Source of the DNA: an uncultured delta proteobacterium
GTDB taxonomy: Bacteria; Desulfobacterota; WTBG01
NCBI GenBank assembly: GCA_963751515.1
Contig: CAVVUR010000013.1
Coordinates: 202,163-266,162 of the forward strand
Direction: 5' to 3'
DNA length: 64,000 bases
The position numbers and the translations under genes are program-made. Below the pieces are notes generated by a model that was not told the origin of the DNA, ran no database searches, and saw only the letters and a program-made list of their open reading frames with translations. Shown here piece by piece: positions 10,279-19,542 of this stretch. Position 1 is the first letter of the stretch, and the number at the start of each line of letters is the position of its first letter.

Positions 10279-11340
10279 TTACTGATTCCTCGAGGCATTG
10301 TTCTCTTGTTCCAGCGGAAATGGCAGAAGATTAATCTCCAGGGTTGCAGTCGCCTCTTCTGACCCGGTTGTGACCGTTACCTCTATCGCGTCAACCTTCG
10401 CCCACCATCTCGGCATCAAAAGGCCAAAGCAGTTGATGGTTGTTTCATCAATCACCCAGGGCAACATTATGACCGCGTTGTCCGGGCTGAAGCTGACCTC
10501 GGTAACCGACCGGTCAAAGTGACTGTTTGATCCCTCTATTTTTAAAAACTTGATGAGCGACACCCACCGTGACTGATACCATGCCTCAGGAGTGAGCTGA
10601 AGGGTCACCGGGATCACTCCTGATTTACACTCATCAGTTGCCTCAACGCAAACGGGTGTTTCAGATGGACAGGGATTGCCAGTGCTTATACAGGTAGCAC
10701 TTGCCTCATCACAAAACTCGTCACCGTTGCAGTAAAGCCCGTCATCAGGACAGTCCGAATCGACCTCGCATTCTCCAGCAATAGAGGTGGTAGTCGTCGA
10801 GGTAATTACTATTACTGCATTGACATCATCAGGAAAGAGATTATTTAGATCACAATCAGAAACAAACCCATCGTCAAAGCCCTCAATCCCTAGATTGTTT
10901 GCTGCCTTTAAGGTAGTATTTCCCGAAGATGTCGCTTCCAATATAATGGTACCGAGTAAAATCCTACCTCCGATAACACTAACGTAATCGAAGCGAGCTG
11001 CATTCAGAGAGTATATACCAGCCCTGCCTTCAATAAACCCGCTGAAACTTTGATCAAACGGCCCTCCATGTGTTGTGTCATTGGCAAATGCATCAACTAC
11101 TTGCAGCTTATTGACGTCAAAGGAAAAATACAACTGAGCACCAAAGAGCAGATCATCAGGTGGACACGAGTAACCGTCTAACCATATTTCTACCGGTACC
11201 GATTCCCCCACAGATAAGCTCCCATTAGTATCCCATAACTCGTCTCCATGAAAGTCAAACTCATAGGATAACGGAAATGCCGGTGCAGCGATCAAAGTTA
11301 ACATAAGAGAAACAAATAGAACCTTTAATAAGTTTTTCAT
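10279..11340 (-). CDS. Secreted protein with cohesin-like domain, Thr linker and Cys-rich repeat
   Basis: Signal peptide; VGESVPVEIW...GAQLYFSFDVNKLQV...LGTIIL cohesin-like pattern; CxxDxDCxDDGLYCNGxExC motif. Confidence 0.65.
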   Translation of the reverse strand: MKNLLKVLFVSLMLTLIAAPAFPLSYEFDFHGDELWDTNGSLSVGESVPVEIWLDGYSCPPDDLLFGAQLYFSFDVNKLQVVDAFANDTTHGGPFDQSFSGFIEGRAGIYSLNAARFDYVSVIGGRILLGTIILEATSSGNTTLKAANNLGIEGFDDGFVSDCDLNNLFPDDVNAVIVITSTTTTSIAGECEVDSDCPDDGLYCNGDEFCDEASATCISTGNPCPSETPVCVEATDECKSGVIPVTLQLTPEAWYQSRWVSLIKFLKIEGSNSHFDRSVTEVSFSPDNAVIMLPWVIDETTINCFGLLMPRWWAKVDAIEVTVTTGSEEATATLEINLLPFPLEQENNASRNQ

Positions 11341-11910
11341 TTCCATTCTCCTCTTGGTTACGGATGCATTAGACACGTCTATCCTATGGCGTGACTTAAT
11401 TAAAAAAGCAAAGGTGATGCCAAAAATTTCTTTCTGTATCCTTTATCCAAATTCATTAAAATACTCCATGTATAACAAATAGTTATTGATAGTCAGCATT
11501 AATCATTATTTTCCTCATGATAGTTAATATCTGATGTGTGAAATGGCTTAAAACAACCATGATTTTTCAATTGTGGTTAAAGACCACCACATCTCTATCC
11601 TCGTGGACAGGGAGTTCTGTAATCAATGTGGAAACAATCATTATGAAGTGACATGATGAATAAATCCTGTGAGGCCAGGGACAATACGAAAGAAGGGAAA
11701 TAATTGAGGCACATAGTATATTATTTAACGTAATCCGGGAGAAGAGGTTTTAAAGACTTCTCCCATAACCATAAAAATCGTAGCGGTCAATAGTGCTAAA
11801 TAACTATGACTCATCCATCATCGGCATGTAAGATTTTCTAATGACTATGACTGCGCATATATAAACCCCCGGCCTGAAGGTGTCCGGGGGACCATGCCTC
11901 ATCTTTTTTT

Positions 11911-13080
11911 TCATTGACACGCTGGACAGTCGGTTCTTAAAAATTCCCCTTTCAGCAAGACGAGGTCAGCCAGGTCAACCCTGCTATCATAGGTAAAGTC
12001 TGCCTGACATGGGTTGGTAGCACAATCAGCTCTCAGGAATTCTCCTTTCAGCATCACCAGATCTGCAAGGTCAACCCTTTGATCAGCGTTACAGTCTGCG
12101 TCACATTCGCAGGCATCCCCGCATCCATTCCCACCCGGGGGATAGATGTCTGATTGATTTGTGTTGGGTGTGGTGGGACAATTGTCTGTCGCATTGAGCA
12201 CGCCATCTCCATCAAGATCGTTTGGATTTGCAATGGTAGTCGTGGACGAAGTAGTTCCCCATCCCGCGAGTTTCGCCATCATCCACCAGAACGCTTTTCC
12301 TTTCTGCTGGCAGTTGAGGCACTGGGAGTGTGCGCAATCGCATGATGCGCATTCACCCGGATTAAGTGCGCACCATTCTGCCGCCCAGTTACCCCCGTCG
12401 TAATAGCATCCATCATCGGCACCCCGGTTTAAAAAATAGTTTCCATCCGGATCATAGCTTTCAATGTCTGCGAAATCGAACAGCACCCCGTCATGGGAAA
12501 TAACATGGCTGCGAATCTGGTTGTTGCGCTGGTGCAGGTTTCCCGTCTCTCCGCTTCCATCAAGATGGCCGGTCATGTAAATAAAAGTTACATCGGGATA
12601 GTCTGCTTCCAGTTGGCTCATAAGGGTAAGGTAGGTGGTAATGTCGGCTTCGGTAGCTGAAGATACCTGTCCGCACCATGACCACATTATGAAATTTCGG
12701 TCATCGCCCGGTGTGTCCAGAAGGTTTCTTGTCAGTTGTGCCCAGGTAGTGCGATCAGGATTTCCCAGGTCGCCTGAAGGCTCGTAGTCATGCAGGGAAA
12801 GAGCGCCACTGCTGCCGCTATAGTTGAAATCATACAGTGCGCCATACTGATCCTGTAAAACGGTCATCCCGGTTACAATCTGGCTTCCGTGCGAGGTGTG
12901 CCCGAAAGAGATTTTGAAGTTGGCTTTTGCCTGGTTAATCCATTCGCTGGGGACTTGACTGATATCGGTGCAGGTATGGTCTATGATAAGATAAGCATCT
13001 GCAGTCGAGGCGATAACCAGCAGAAATGCAAGTACTAAAAAAAATGAAATCACTTTTCTTGACTGGTTAAATCTTTCCAT
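11911..13080 (-). CDS. Secreted protein: putative hydrolase-like domain, TSP3 repeat and C-terminal dockerin-like pair
   Basis: AAGGAGG RBS before ATG 13080; DLDGDGVLNATDNCP (TSP3); duplicated D(C/F)xxDxRVDLADLV(M/L)LKGEFL. Confidence 0.75.
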   Translation of the reverse strand: MERFNQSRKVISFFLVLAFLLVIASTADAYLIIDHTCTDISQVPSEWINQAKANFKISFGHTSHGSQIVTGMTVLQDQYGALYDFNYSGSSGALSLHDYEPSGDLGNPDRTTWAQLTRNLLDTPGDDRNFIMWSWCGQVSSATEADITTYLTLMSQLEADYPDVTFIYMTGHLDGSGETGNLHQRNNQIRSHVISHDGVLFDFADIESYDPDGNYFLNRGADDGCYYDGGNWAAEWCALNPGECASCDCAHSQCLNCQQKGKAFWWMMAKLAGWGTTSSTTTIANPNDLDGDGVLNATDNCPTTPNTNQSDIYPPGGNGCGDACECDADCNADQRVDLADLVMLKGEFLRADCATNPCQADFTYDSRVDLADLVLLKGEFLRTDCPACQ

Positions 13081-13181
13081 TACCACCCTCCTTGCGGTTA
13101 CCAATAAGTGAGCCGCATTATAAACCATGCAAGCTGGATTACACAATACTTCAGTGGTATTGGGAAAACTCCCAGACTGGA

Positions 13182-14597
13182 TTAATATATCTTGCCGAAC
13201 AGACAATAGTCGCAGCAGTTCATTTTGCCCAGGGCTTTATCATACATTACCCTCCGATCAAAAATATCTATGTCACCATCACTTTCACAGTTCGTGGATC
13301 CCGGTGGATTTCCGCAATAGGGGGGAGTACCGTTTGGCACATCACCGTTACGGAGCTGGCAGGCAGTGGGCGTTTGCAGACCCTGAATAATATCATCTAT
13401 CTCCAGAACATCAAATAAATCTACGACACCGTCTCCGCAGCATGCCGGGAAACAGCCCTGGGGATAAACATCCCCGCAGGTTCTGAAGCAAACTTCACCC
13501 GGGCTCTCGCAGACACAGAGCGCTTCGTTAAACTGATCCGACATCTGGATGTCGATTGGACACAGATCAAGGCATGAATCATCGCCGCACACATTACCAA
13601 ACCCTGCCCCGGTTGAATATACCAACTGGGCAACAGTTCCGCTTCCCGGTTCAATGATGGCCGAAGGGCCGGCAGGGTACATGACTATCTTACAACTTCC
13701 ATCTGCCTGCTCACTGACCGAACAGGTATAGCCAAGGGCACGGTCAGGATCAACTTCACACAGGTTGCATGCCAGGTTGTCTTCACCACCATCGCATGCT
13801 GCAACATTCAGTATAAAGGCGGACACAGCGTGATTGGGGTTGATCAGGTTGATAGCAACCGTAGCCGAATCAATATCAGGCTGAACGGTGGTTTCACCGA
13901 TATCCATAATCACCTTACCGATGTCTATCTCAACACTGTCAGTAACGTTGTTGCAGGTATCGGTTACTCTGATTGTATAGGTTGCAATCTTTGCAAGCTG
14001 CTGGCAGCTGTCATCGATAGTGAGCCTCCAGCAGTAGTCGCCGATTGGCGCAATACTTACAAATGATCCAGGCGGTTCGATTGTCCACAGCAAACATGAC
14101 GGCTCAAACGGTACGCAATCGGAACAAACGGTGAAATCGATGATATCGTTGCAGGTAGCTGCCAGGCCGCGTCTTCCCGGCCTATTGTATGCGGGATCGT
14201 CAATCTCTTCGCTGGCGGGGCATGTGCTGCCGCGGGCAATTGTAATGTCACACTGCGCCACGGTGGTTGTGGTGGTAACCGGCGCTGTGGTCGATGTTGA
14301 CGGTACTGTGGTAGCACAACGTTCTCCTTCAGCACACAACGTGCACTCAGTTTTTAAGAACTGAGACTTCATTATCACCAGATCTTCCAGATTGACCTTA
14401 TTATCTTCGTTACAGTCAGCGAGACAGGGGCACGGTTGCAAAAATTCCCCCTTCATGATCACCAGATCATAAAGATTTACATTGAAATCCAGGTTGCAAT
14501 CTGCATCACAATGGTCTTGTGATAAAGTAGGACTCTGGGTCAGTAACAAGCAGCCTAAGCAAAAGATAGCTCCATTTATAATATACTTTTTCATCAT
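13182..14597 (-). CDS. Secreted Cys-rich protein with dockerin-like repeats at both ends and a cohesin-like domain
   Basis: DCNLDFNVNLYDL/DCNEDNKVNLEDL; GDGVVDLFD/DGDIDIFD; C-terminal half paralogous to 37285-40077. Confidence 0.75.
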   Translation of the reverse strand: MMKKYIINGAIFCLGCLLLTQSPTLSQDHCDADCNLDFNVNLYDLVIMKGEFLQPCPCLADCNEDNKVNLEDLVIMKSQFLKTECTLCAEGERCATTVPSTSTTAPVTTTTTVAQCDITIARGSTCPASEEIDDPAYNRPGRRGLAATCNDIIDFTVCSDCVPFEPSCLLWTIEPPGSFVSIAPIGDYCWRLTIDDSCQQLAKIATYTIRVTDTCNNVTDSVEIDIGKVIMDIGETTVQPDIDSATVAINLINPNHAVSAFILNVAACDGGEDNLACNLCEVDPDRALGYTCSVSEQADGSCKIVMYPAGPSAIIEPGSGTVAQLVYSTGAGFGNVCGDDSCLDLCPIDIQMSDQFNEALCVCESPGEVCFRTCGDVYPQGCFPACCGDGVVDLFDVLEIDDIIQGLQTPTACQLRNGDVPNGTPPYCGNPPGSTNCESDGDIDIFDRRVMYDKALGKMNCCDYCLFGKIY

Positions 14598-14888
14598 ATG
14601 CTTTCACTCACTCGCGTTCTCGGGATTTTGGTTTAATTACTTTCATATAATAAATATATCAAAAAACAAAATAACGCAATACAAAGCCCCACTTTGTTAA
14701 GTGGGCCCAGCCCTTTCAGTATGATTCTCGATGCTTTAAAAGGGGACGTCAATGGGTAGGCAGGTGAATCATTAGCTTGTCGAAAGATAGAGCAGGTCTA
14801 TATTGGGTAAGGCGTCCAGAACATTGAGGAAGGTTTGCTTGTCTTAGAAATACAGTAGCAGGGTCCGCAATGGTCCTGCTTTTTTAAC

Positions 14889-15125
14889 GCAAGCCTGCGG
14901 ATAGCAACTGGCCAGAACATAAAATACATACAGAGCCAGTTAGGTCACAGTTCGATCCAGGTTACCATGGGCGTTTACTGTCACCTCATGAAGCCTGTTA
15001 ATAATGAGGAGGCTGTGAAGCTCAGAGCTACCCTTTTTAGCAAAAATGAAGCAACCGGTAGCAAAATGGTAGCAGAGGATGTGCGTCCGGCAAAAAAGCA
15101 CCCAGCTTGTGAGCTAAGTGCTTGA
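14889..15125 (+). pseudogene. C-terminal remnant of a tyrosine integrase
   Basis: Translates ASLRIATGQNIKYIQSQLGHSSIQVTMGVYCHL (LGH...T..Y box II); no start; stops 7 bp from tRNA 3' end. Confidence 0.8.
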
Positions 15126-15131
15126 TTTTTC

Positions 15132-15208
15132 TGGTACGCCCAGAGGGATTCGAACCCCCGACCTACAGATTCGTAGTCTGCCGCTCTATCCAGCTGAGCT
15201 ATGGGCGC
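15132..15208 (-). tRNA. tRNA-Arg(ACG)
   Basis: GCGCCCATAGCTCAGCTGGATAGAGCGGCAGACT-ACG-AATCTGTAGGTCGGGGGTTCGAATCCCTCTGGGCGTACCA; cloverleaf, encoded CCA. Confidence 0.97.
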
Positions 15209-15210
15209 AC
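15169..15210. repeat. att direct repeat, left (within intact tRNA)
   Basis: ATTCGTAGTCTGCCGCTCTATCCAGCTGAGCTATGGGCGCAC identical at 33991-34032. Confidence 0.95.
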
Positions 15211-15231
15211 AGTAAGTTAACTATTTATTTT

Positions 15232-15261
15232 ACTTTAATTAATCTCATCAGCGATTGTCAA
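15232..15261 (-). promoter_or_regulatory. Island-supplied sigma70 promoter for tRNA-Arg
   Basis: TTGACA (15261-15256), 18 bp, TAAAGT, ~24 bp upstream of tRNA 5' end. Confidence 0.65.
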
Positions 15262-15262
15262 G

Positions 15263-16300
15263 TTATTTAGTTGCGGTTTGTTCTGTGTGTGAATTTGTGT
15301 GTGAATTTTCTGAAATCTGATCAAAAATCTTCATCGCCTCTCGTTCTGACTCCCCGAGCGAGTGCAGGTAGATTTCAGTGGTGGTCCGGTTTTCATGCCC
15401 CAGGATACGTTGGATAGACCCGAGGTTGACATTGGCATCATCGAGGATGAGGCCCCAAATGCCGCATGCATGGTACCTGAAGTACCTAACGCCGGCTTTG
15501 CTGCAAAGAGTCTTCATTATTTCCTTCCTATCCTTGTAGGGGCCTTCAACCCAACCCTTTTCCTTCCTGCTCCCAGAACCGGTGCCAGAACACCCACGGT
15601 TTACCCTTATCCCGTTCTGGTAACGATGAGAGAGGATATCAAATAAGTTATCGGTCATGGCAACCTTCCGCGGGGTTAAGTGACCGCCCTTTTTCTTCCT
15701 CGTGTAGAGAATAACAGAGCGATCTTCAAAATTCACATCCTCCCAAGTTAATCTATTAATCTCCTCATCCTTCCAATGGTTTCTTTAAGTGTGTAAAGGT
15801 AGTCCTGGTATCATCAGAGTCGGCGGCCACGATGACCTTCAACACATCTTCCAAGGCGGAACGTACTTTATCTTTTTCTCCACAGGAAACAACGGAATAC
15901 CTTTGGCAGGATTTACAGTGAACCATTTTTTCCTAGCCCTAGGTTGAACAACGCCATTAAACGCGAAGGTCATGATTGGCGGTAGAAGCGGAGTTATTTT
16001 TTTTCGTTTAAAAAGATAGCTTTGAATCATTTCAGTCTGTGATGTCGCTGCAATTGAGTCCTTACCCATTGCTTGATCCATGTTTGGCAAGATAGCAATT
16101 GATCCAGGTAATGACCTCAGGTTGGTACGCTAAGAGATGATCCAAGCCGTCTATTCACCAACTCCAAGAATGCCATGTCGGTTTGGGATCCGTATCCCTT
16201 GTTTTGATTTTTCACCTCCTTTCTTTTGTCTATTCGGCCTGCTTGGCCTCGGTTTTGGTTTTGAACCAGGTTGATGTGTGCCTGGTTCCCTTGAGGATGA
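15263..16300 (-). pseudogene. Tyrosine integrase with several frameshifts (5' boundary approximate)
   Basis: TRKKKGG, FRYH, IQRILGHENRTTTEIYLH; upstream fragments NPAKGIPLFPVEKKIKYVPP and MAFLELVNRRL in other frames. Confidence 0.8.
15283..15301. repeat. Putative integrase arm-type site (left)
   Basis: CTGTGTGTGAATTTGTGTG identical at 33852-33870; tandem TGTGTGA units. Confidence 0.75.
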
Positions 16301-16509
16301 AGTCGTATCTCCACCCCTTCCCCTTTATGAAATAGACGCTCATAGAGGTCCTCCTTTCCAGGAAAAAATAATGACCCCCTGAGCTTCCTGCCGCCCAGTA
16401 ACTGCCAGTTCTTATAAACCCAGCTCATACTTTTACGCAGATACCGGGCAACCTCCTCAGGAGTCATTATTTCAAATTCGGTCCCTTTGTCAACAGCTGA
16501 ATGATTCAT
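16117..16509 (-). CDS. Excisionase-like HTH protein (3' part overlaps integrase start)
   Basis: MTPEEVARYLRKSMSWVY Xis/HTH_17-like motif; adjacent to integrase. Confidence 0.65.
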   Translation of the reverse strand: MNHSAVDKGTEFEIMTPEEVARYLRKSMSWVYKNWQLLGGRKLRGSLFFPGKEDLYERLFHKGEGVEIRLHPQGNQAHINLVQNQNRGQAGRIDKRKEVKNQNKGYGSQTDMAFLELVNRRLGSSLSVPT

Positions 16510-16889
16510 CTATTTTTTGGGGATTCAGTAACATCAAGGATTGTCACAATGGGAGCACATCCTCTGTGACGCTCAACAGTAACCAATCCGGTATGCTCGA
16601 GGTTTTTTAATGCTCGCATTTTCGAATAACGGGTTATGTCAAACTCTATTAATGCAATGTTTGATAGAACTATAGTTCTATTCTTTTTAATGCCTGCCCA
16701 ATACCAAAGAATAATGCCAACATGAAGGGCTTTCCCAGGCAATTTATAAGCTCTGCGGAGCCATTTTAATGGAATAGGACCCATAAGGAATTTTTCACCG
16801 TGTTTATGACGTGGCGGTAGTTGATTTGATACCTTCTGCTTGTGTTGTTTAGGAGAAAACCCAAATTTTTGAAGCTCAATTGAACCCAT
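16506..16889 (-). CDS. Small basic winged-HTH-like protein
   Basis: RYSKMRALKNLEHTGLVTVER; same operon as polymerase. Confidence 0.6.
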   Translation of the reverse strand: MGSIELQKFGFSPKQHKQKVSNQLPPRHKHGEKFLMGPIPLKWLRRAYKLPGKALHVGIILWYWAGIKKNRTIVLSNIALIEFDITRYSKMRALKNLEHTGLVTVERHRGCAPIVTILDVTESPKNR

Positions 16890-17002
16890 TGTTATTAAGA
16901 ATCCTTTTATAAGATAGATATAAGATAGGGCGGGGGTTCACCAATGCCCAGGTAGTGTTGCTCTCATGCACAGGCTTGGTGTGCCTCGATGCACAGGGTG
17001 TT

Positions 17003-18729
17003 CTAATCAAATCGTTTCATTATCTCCCACACGGCATTCCACATTTTTGATCCTCTCCCATCCATGTACCGTTCTGGATGGCGGACAATCTTAGCCTCTG
17101 AACGAAGGCGAAACCCATCCAGCACGGCAGCACTGGCATCAGACATTGCTTGTTGGGCTAGTATTACTGCTCCATCAATTTCTTCAAGTGGTGCTTCTAT
17201 CAGAATAGCGTCGTGCACTGGAGCGCAGATACGGACACCTCTTTCGATGCCCAAACAACAGGCAAGCCGAAGCATCTCAGCACCATTGGCCTGCATGGGA
17301 AAGTTACGGAGTGATCTTGGATTTGAAATCATTCCCAGATGAATTGTCCACCCGAAAACAGTATAGAGCTGACCATACTGCATAGCGTAATCAACAACGC
17401 CGTCTGACCACCGCCAGAAGATCCGGTATGTTTTACGATGCAGCTGCAACAGTTCCCTAGCACATATCACGGGCTGGCCAATTCTGCTCGCAAGTGACAC
17501 CTCCCCCATGCCGTATTGCACCGCTAGCACGCATTCTTTGAATTGCGCTCTTTCAACGGGATGGCTTTCTTTTGTGGCATCGAATGGGATTGCACCGGCC
17601 TGCTTAGCAAAGGTTAGGTATGGATCTCCTGATTGATATGCCTCTATCATAAGTGGGTCATGAGATAGGGCAGCCGCGATACCAAATTCTTGCTGGGACC
17701 AATCGATGTAAGCCACTCCCATTCCCTTATCCGGACGAATCAACCCCCTCATCCATACTGCCGGACCAAAGATAAACCGATTATTACTGGGTTGATTACG
17801 ACCAGTGCGTGCCTGGAATGTGGAAAGAAGGCAACGGTTGCGCCCGTCCTTGCCAACGGCAAGTTCATCCAGTCGCATTTGTGAGAGCGCTACCCTGAGT
17901 TCTCTAACGGAGAAATTTCCGGATGAACTCGTGCCATCTGTTTAAAGGCATCGTCACTTAAATCTAAACTTCCGCTGTTGAGCCGCGGCCAGGGGATCCC
18001 TTTTATGGCGAGCCAGGACGCAAAAAGATCCCTTTTGAATGTCCGGCCATCAAAGATTCCGTAATGCAAATCAATCTCTGCTATCAGACTATCTTGGATT
18101 TCTCCCCAACGTTCCCGAAGCTTCCGTAGCGCAATAACATCGATAGGTATCCCAACGTTCTCAATTGAAGTGACCGCTTTCATGTACCGTCCCCGAAGCA
18201 GGGCGCGGGGCAGATCTATTTTTGGTCCCATTATGCATAAAAGCTTAGTAAGCGCCGCCACATCTGACTCGCAATATTCAAGAATTTTCTCTTGTTCATC
18301 GGATGTCCAGGGCCCTCCTCGCATAACGAGTTGTCGCATACTTTCTTTTTCTGCTACCTCTACACCATTGAGCCCAAAATAAATCAATGCCCCTAAAAGA
18401 CCTTTACCGCATGGAAGAGTAAATCCATTGCTCAAATTCCGAAACTCTGCGTATAGGTCAATGAGATTATCCGGTAGCGGCCAGTTGAGGACCAGATGGC
18501 ATCCCATTTCCGCAGAAGCATAGTAAGCAATATAAAGTGAATTTCTACCAATTGCATACGGTGGTGCCTCCATGCTCAAGAGCTCATCTTGCCAGACTCT
18601 AATTTTGTTACCAGAATTGATCTCCCGCGCCACCATGCATACCGGCATGGGGTTTTCACCTGGTTGTGCGCTAAACTCAAAATCGCAGCACCAAATCTCA
18701 CTAAATTCAAAAAATATGTTTTGGCTCAT
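17003..18729 (-). CDS. Family A DNA polymerase with 3'-5' exonuclease, no 5'-3' exonuclease; split by 1-nt frameshift near 17905
   Basis: ExoI DFEF; ExoIII YCESDV; motif A YIDWSQQE; motif B RAQFKECVLAVQYG; motif C VHDA. Confidence 0.88.
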
Positions 18730-19358
18730 AACTCACCCCTAAATCGTCTCAAAACAGGATGGCTTTCATCCTGGATAAAATGATCCTTAAAGGCAAGCTC
18801 CACAATTCTTTGGAATGTGAGATCTGGCCATTCAGGCTCAGGAAGATTTCCAGCTGCCTTACAAACTTCATAGCCACCTAGTGATGTATTTACTTCTAAG
18901 CGAATCCATTCTCTTTTTGCCAAATTCGCCGCTTCGAGTGCAGACTTATGCCACTGATTATGACGGCCATCTTCACCTGGAAGGCGGATAGGCCATAAGG
19001 TCAAAACATTTTGACGGTTAATAGTGGTGTAAAGGATGACCGGGATAATCAGTCCTGGCAGCTCGCTCCAGAGTTCACGACTAACGAGATAGGTCTCACG
19101 TTCCTCTTTGAGTGGGAGAGCTGCAGTTTGCATAGCCATTGCATCATCAGAATGGACTCTTATAAATTCCTGAGAATTCGGTTTGCGTACCGGGATTGTT
19201 AATATGATCTTTTTTACACCTGCTATCTCAGAAAAATCCTGTGATAGGCGTAGGGAAGAAAGATCCAAGTTACCATTGGCTGGCATTTCGACCTCTCCCG
19301 CTGTAACTATACCCCGTCCATCATTCGCTTTTTTGTTCTCATCAATTTTCTTTTCCAT
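18726..19358 (-). CDS. Hypothetical protein coupled to the polymerase (possible replication accessory)
   Basis: AAGGAG RBS; stop overlaps polymerase ATG. Confidence 0.7.
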   Translation of the reverse strand: MEKKIDENKKANDGRGIVTAGEVEMPANGNLDLSSLRLSQDFSEIAGVKKIILTIPVRKPNSQEFIRVHSDDAMAMQTAALPLKEERETYLVSRELWSELPGLIIPVILYTTINRQNVLTLWPIRLPGEDGRHNQWHKSALEAANLAKREWIRLEVNTSLGGYEVCKAAGNLPEPEWPDLTFQRIVELAFKDHFIQDESHPVLRRFRGEL

Positions 19359-19379
19359 CTTTAACTCCTTTATTCAACA

Positions 19380-19470
19380 AAGAACCCCCCAGAGTTAGGC
19401 CCAGCGAAAGGCTCTTGGGAGGTTCTTGTGCCCGTATGGGCGGTTAATCAAATTGAAGTATCGCTGGACC
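19380..19470 (-). promoter_or_regulatory. Structured leader (terminator with alternative pairing) of the replication operon
   Basis: Minus strand AAGAACCTCCCAAGAG/CTCTGGGGGGTTCTT hairpin; loop TCGCTGGGCC complementary to upstream GGTCCAGCGA. Confidence 0.6.
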
Positions 19471-19542
19471 TTTACCCTTTAATTGATAATGATCCTCAAT
19501 TGGTGAAGATCCAGCTTCATTGCATGAAGATGATAAATATTT

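Noticed and set aside
17880-17910. Programmed frameshift in polA (also priA near 42820)
   Set aside because: No convincing slippery heptamer with downstream structure; similar indels occur throughout the window.
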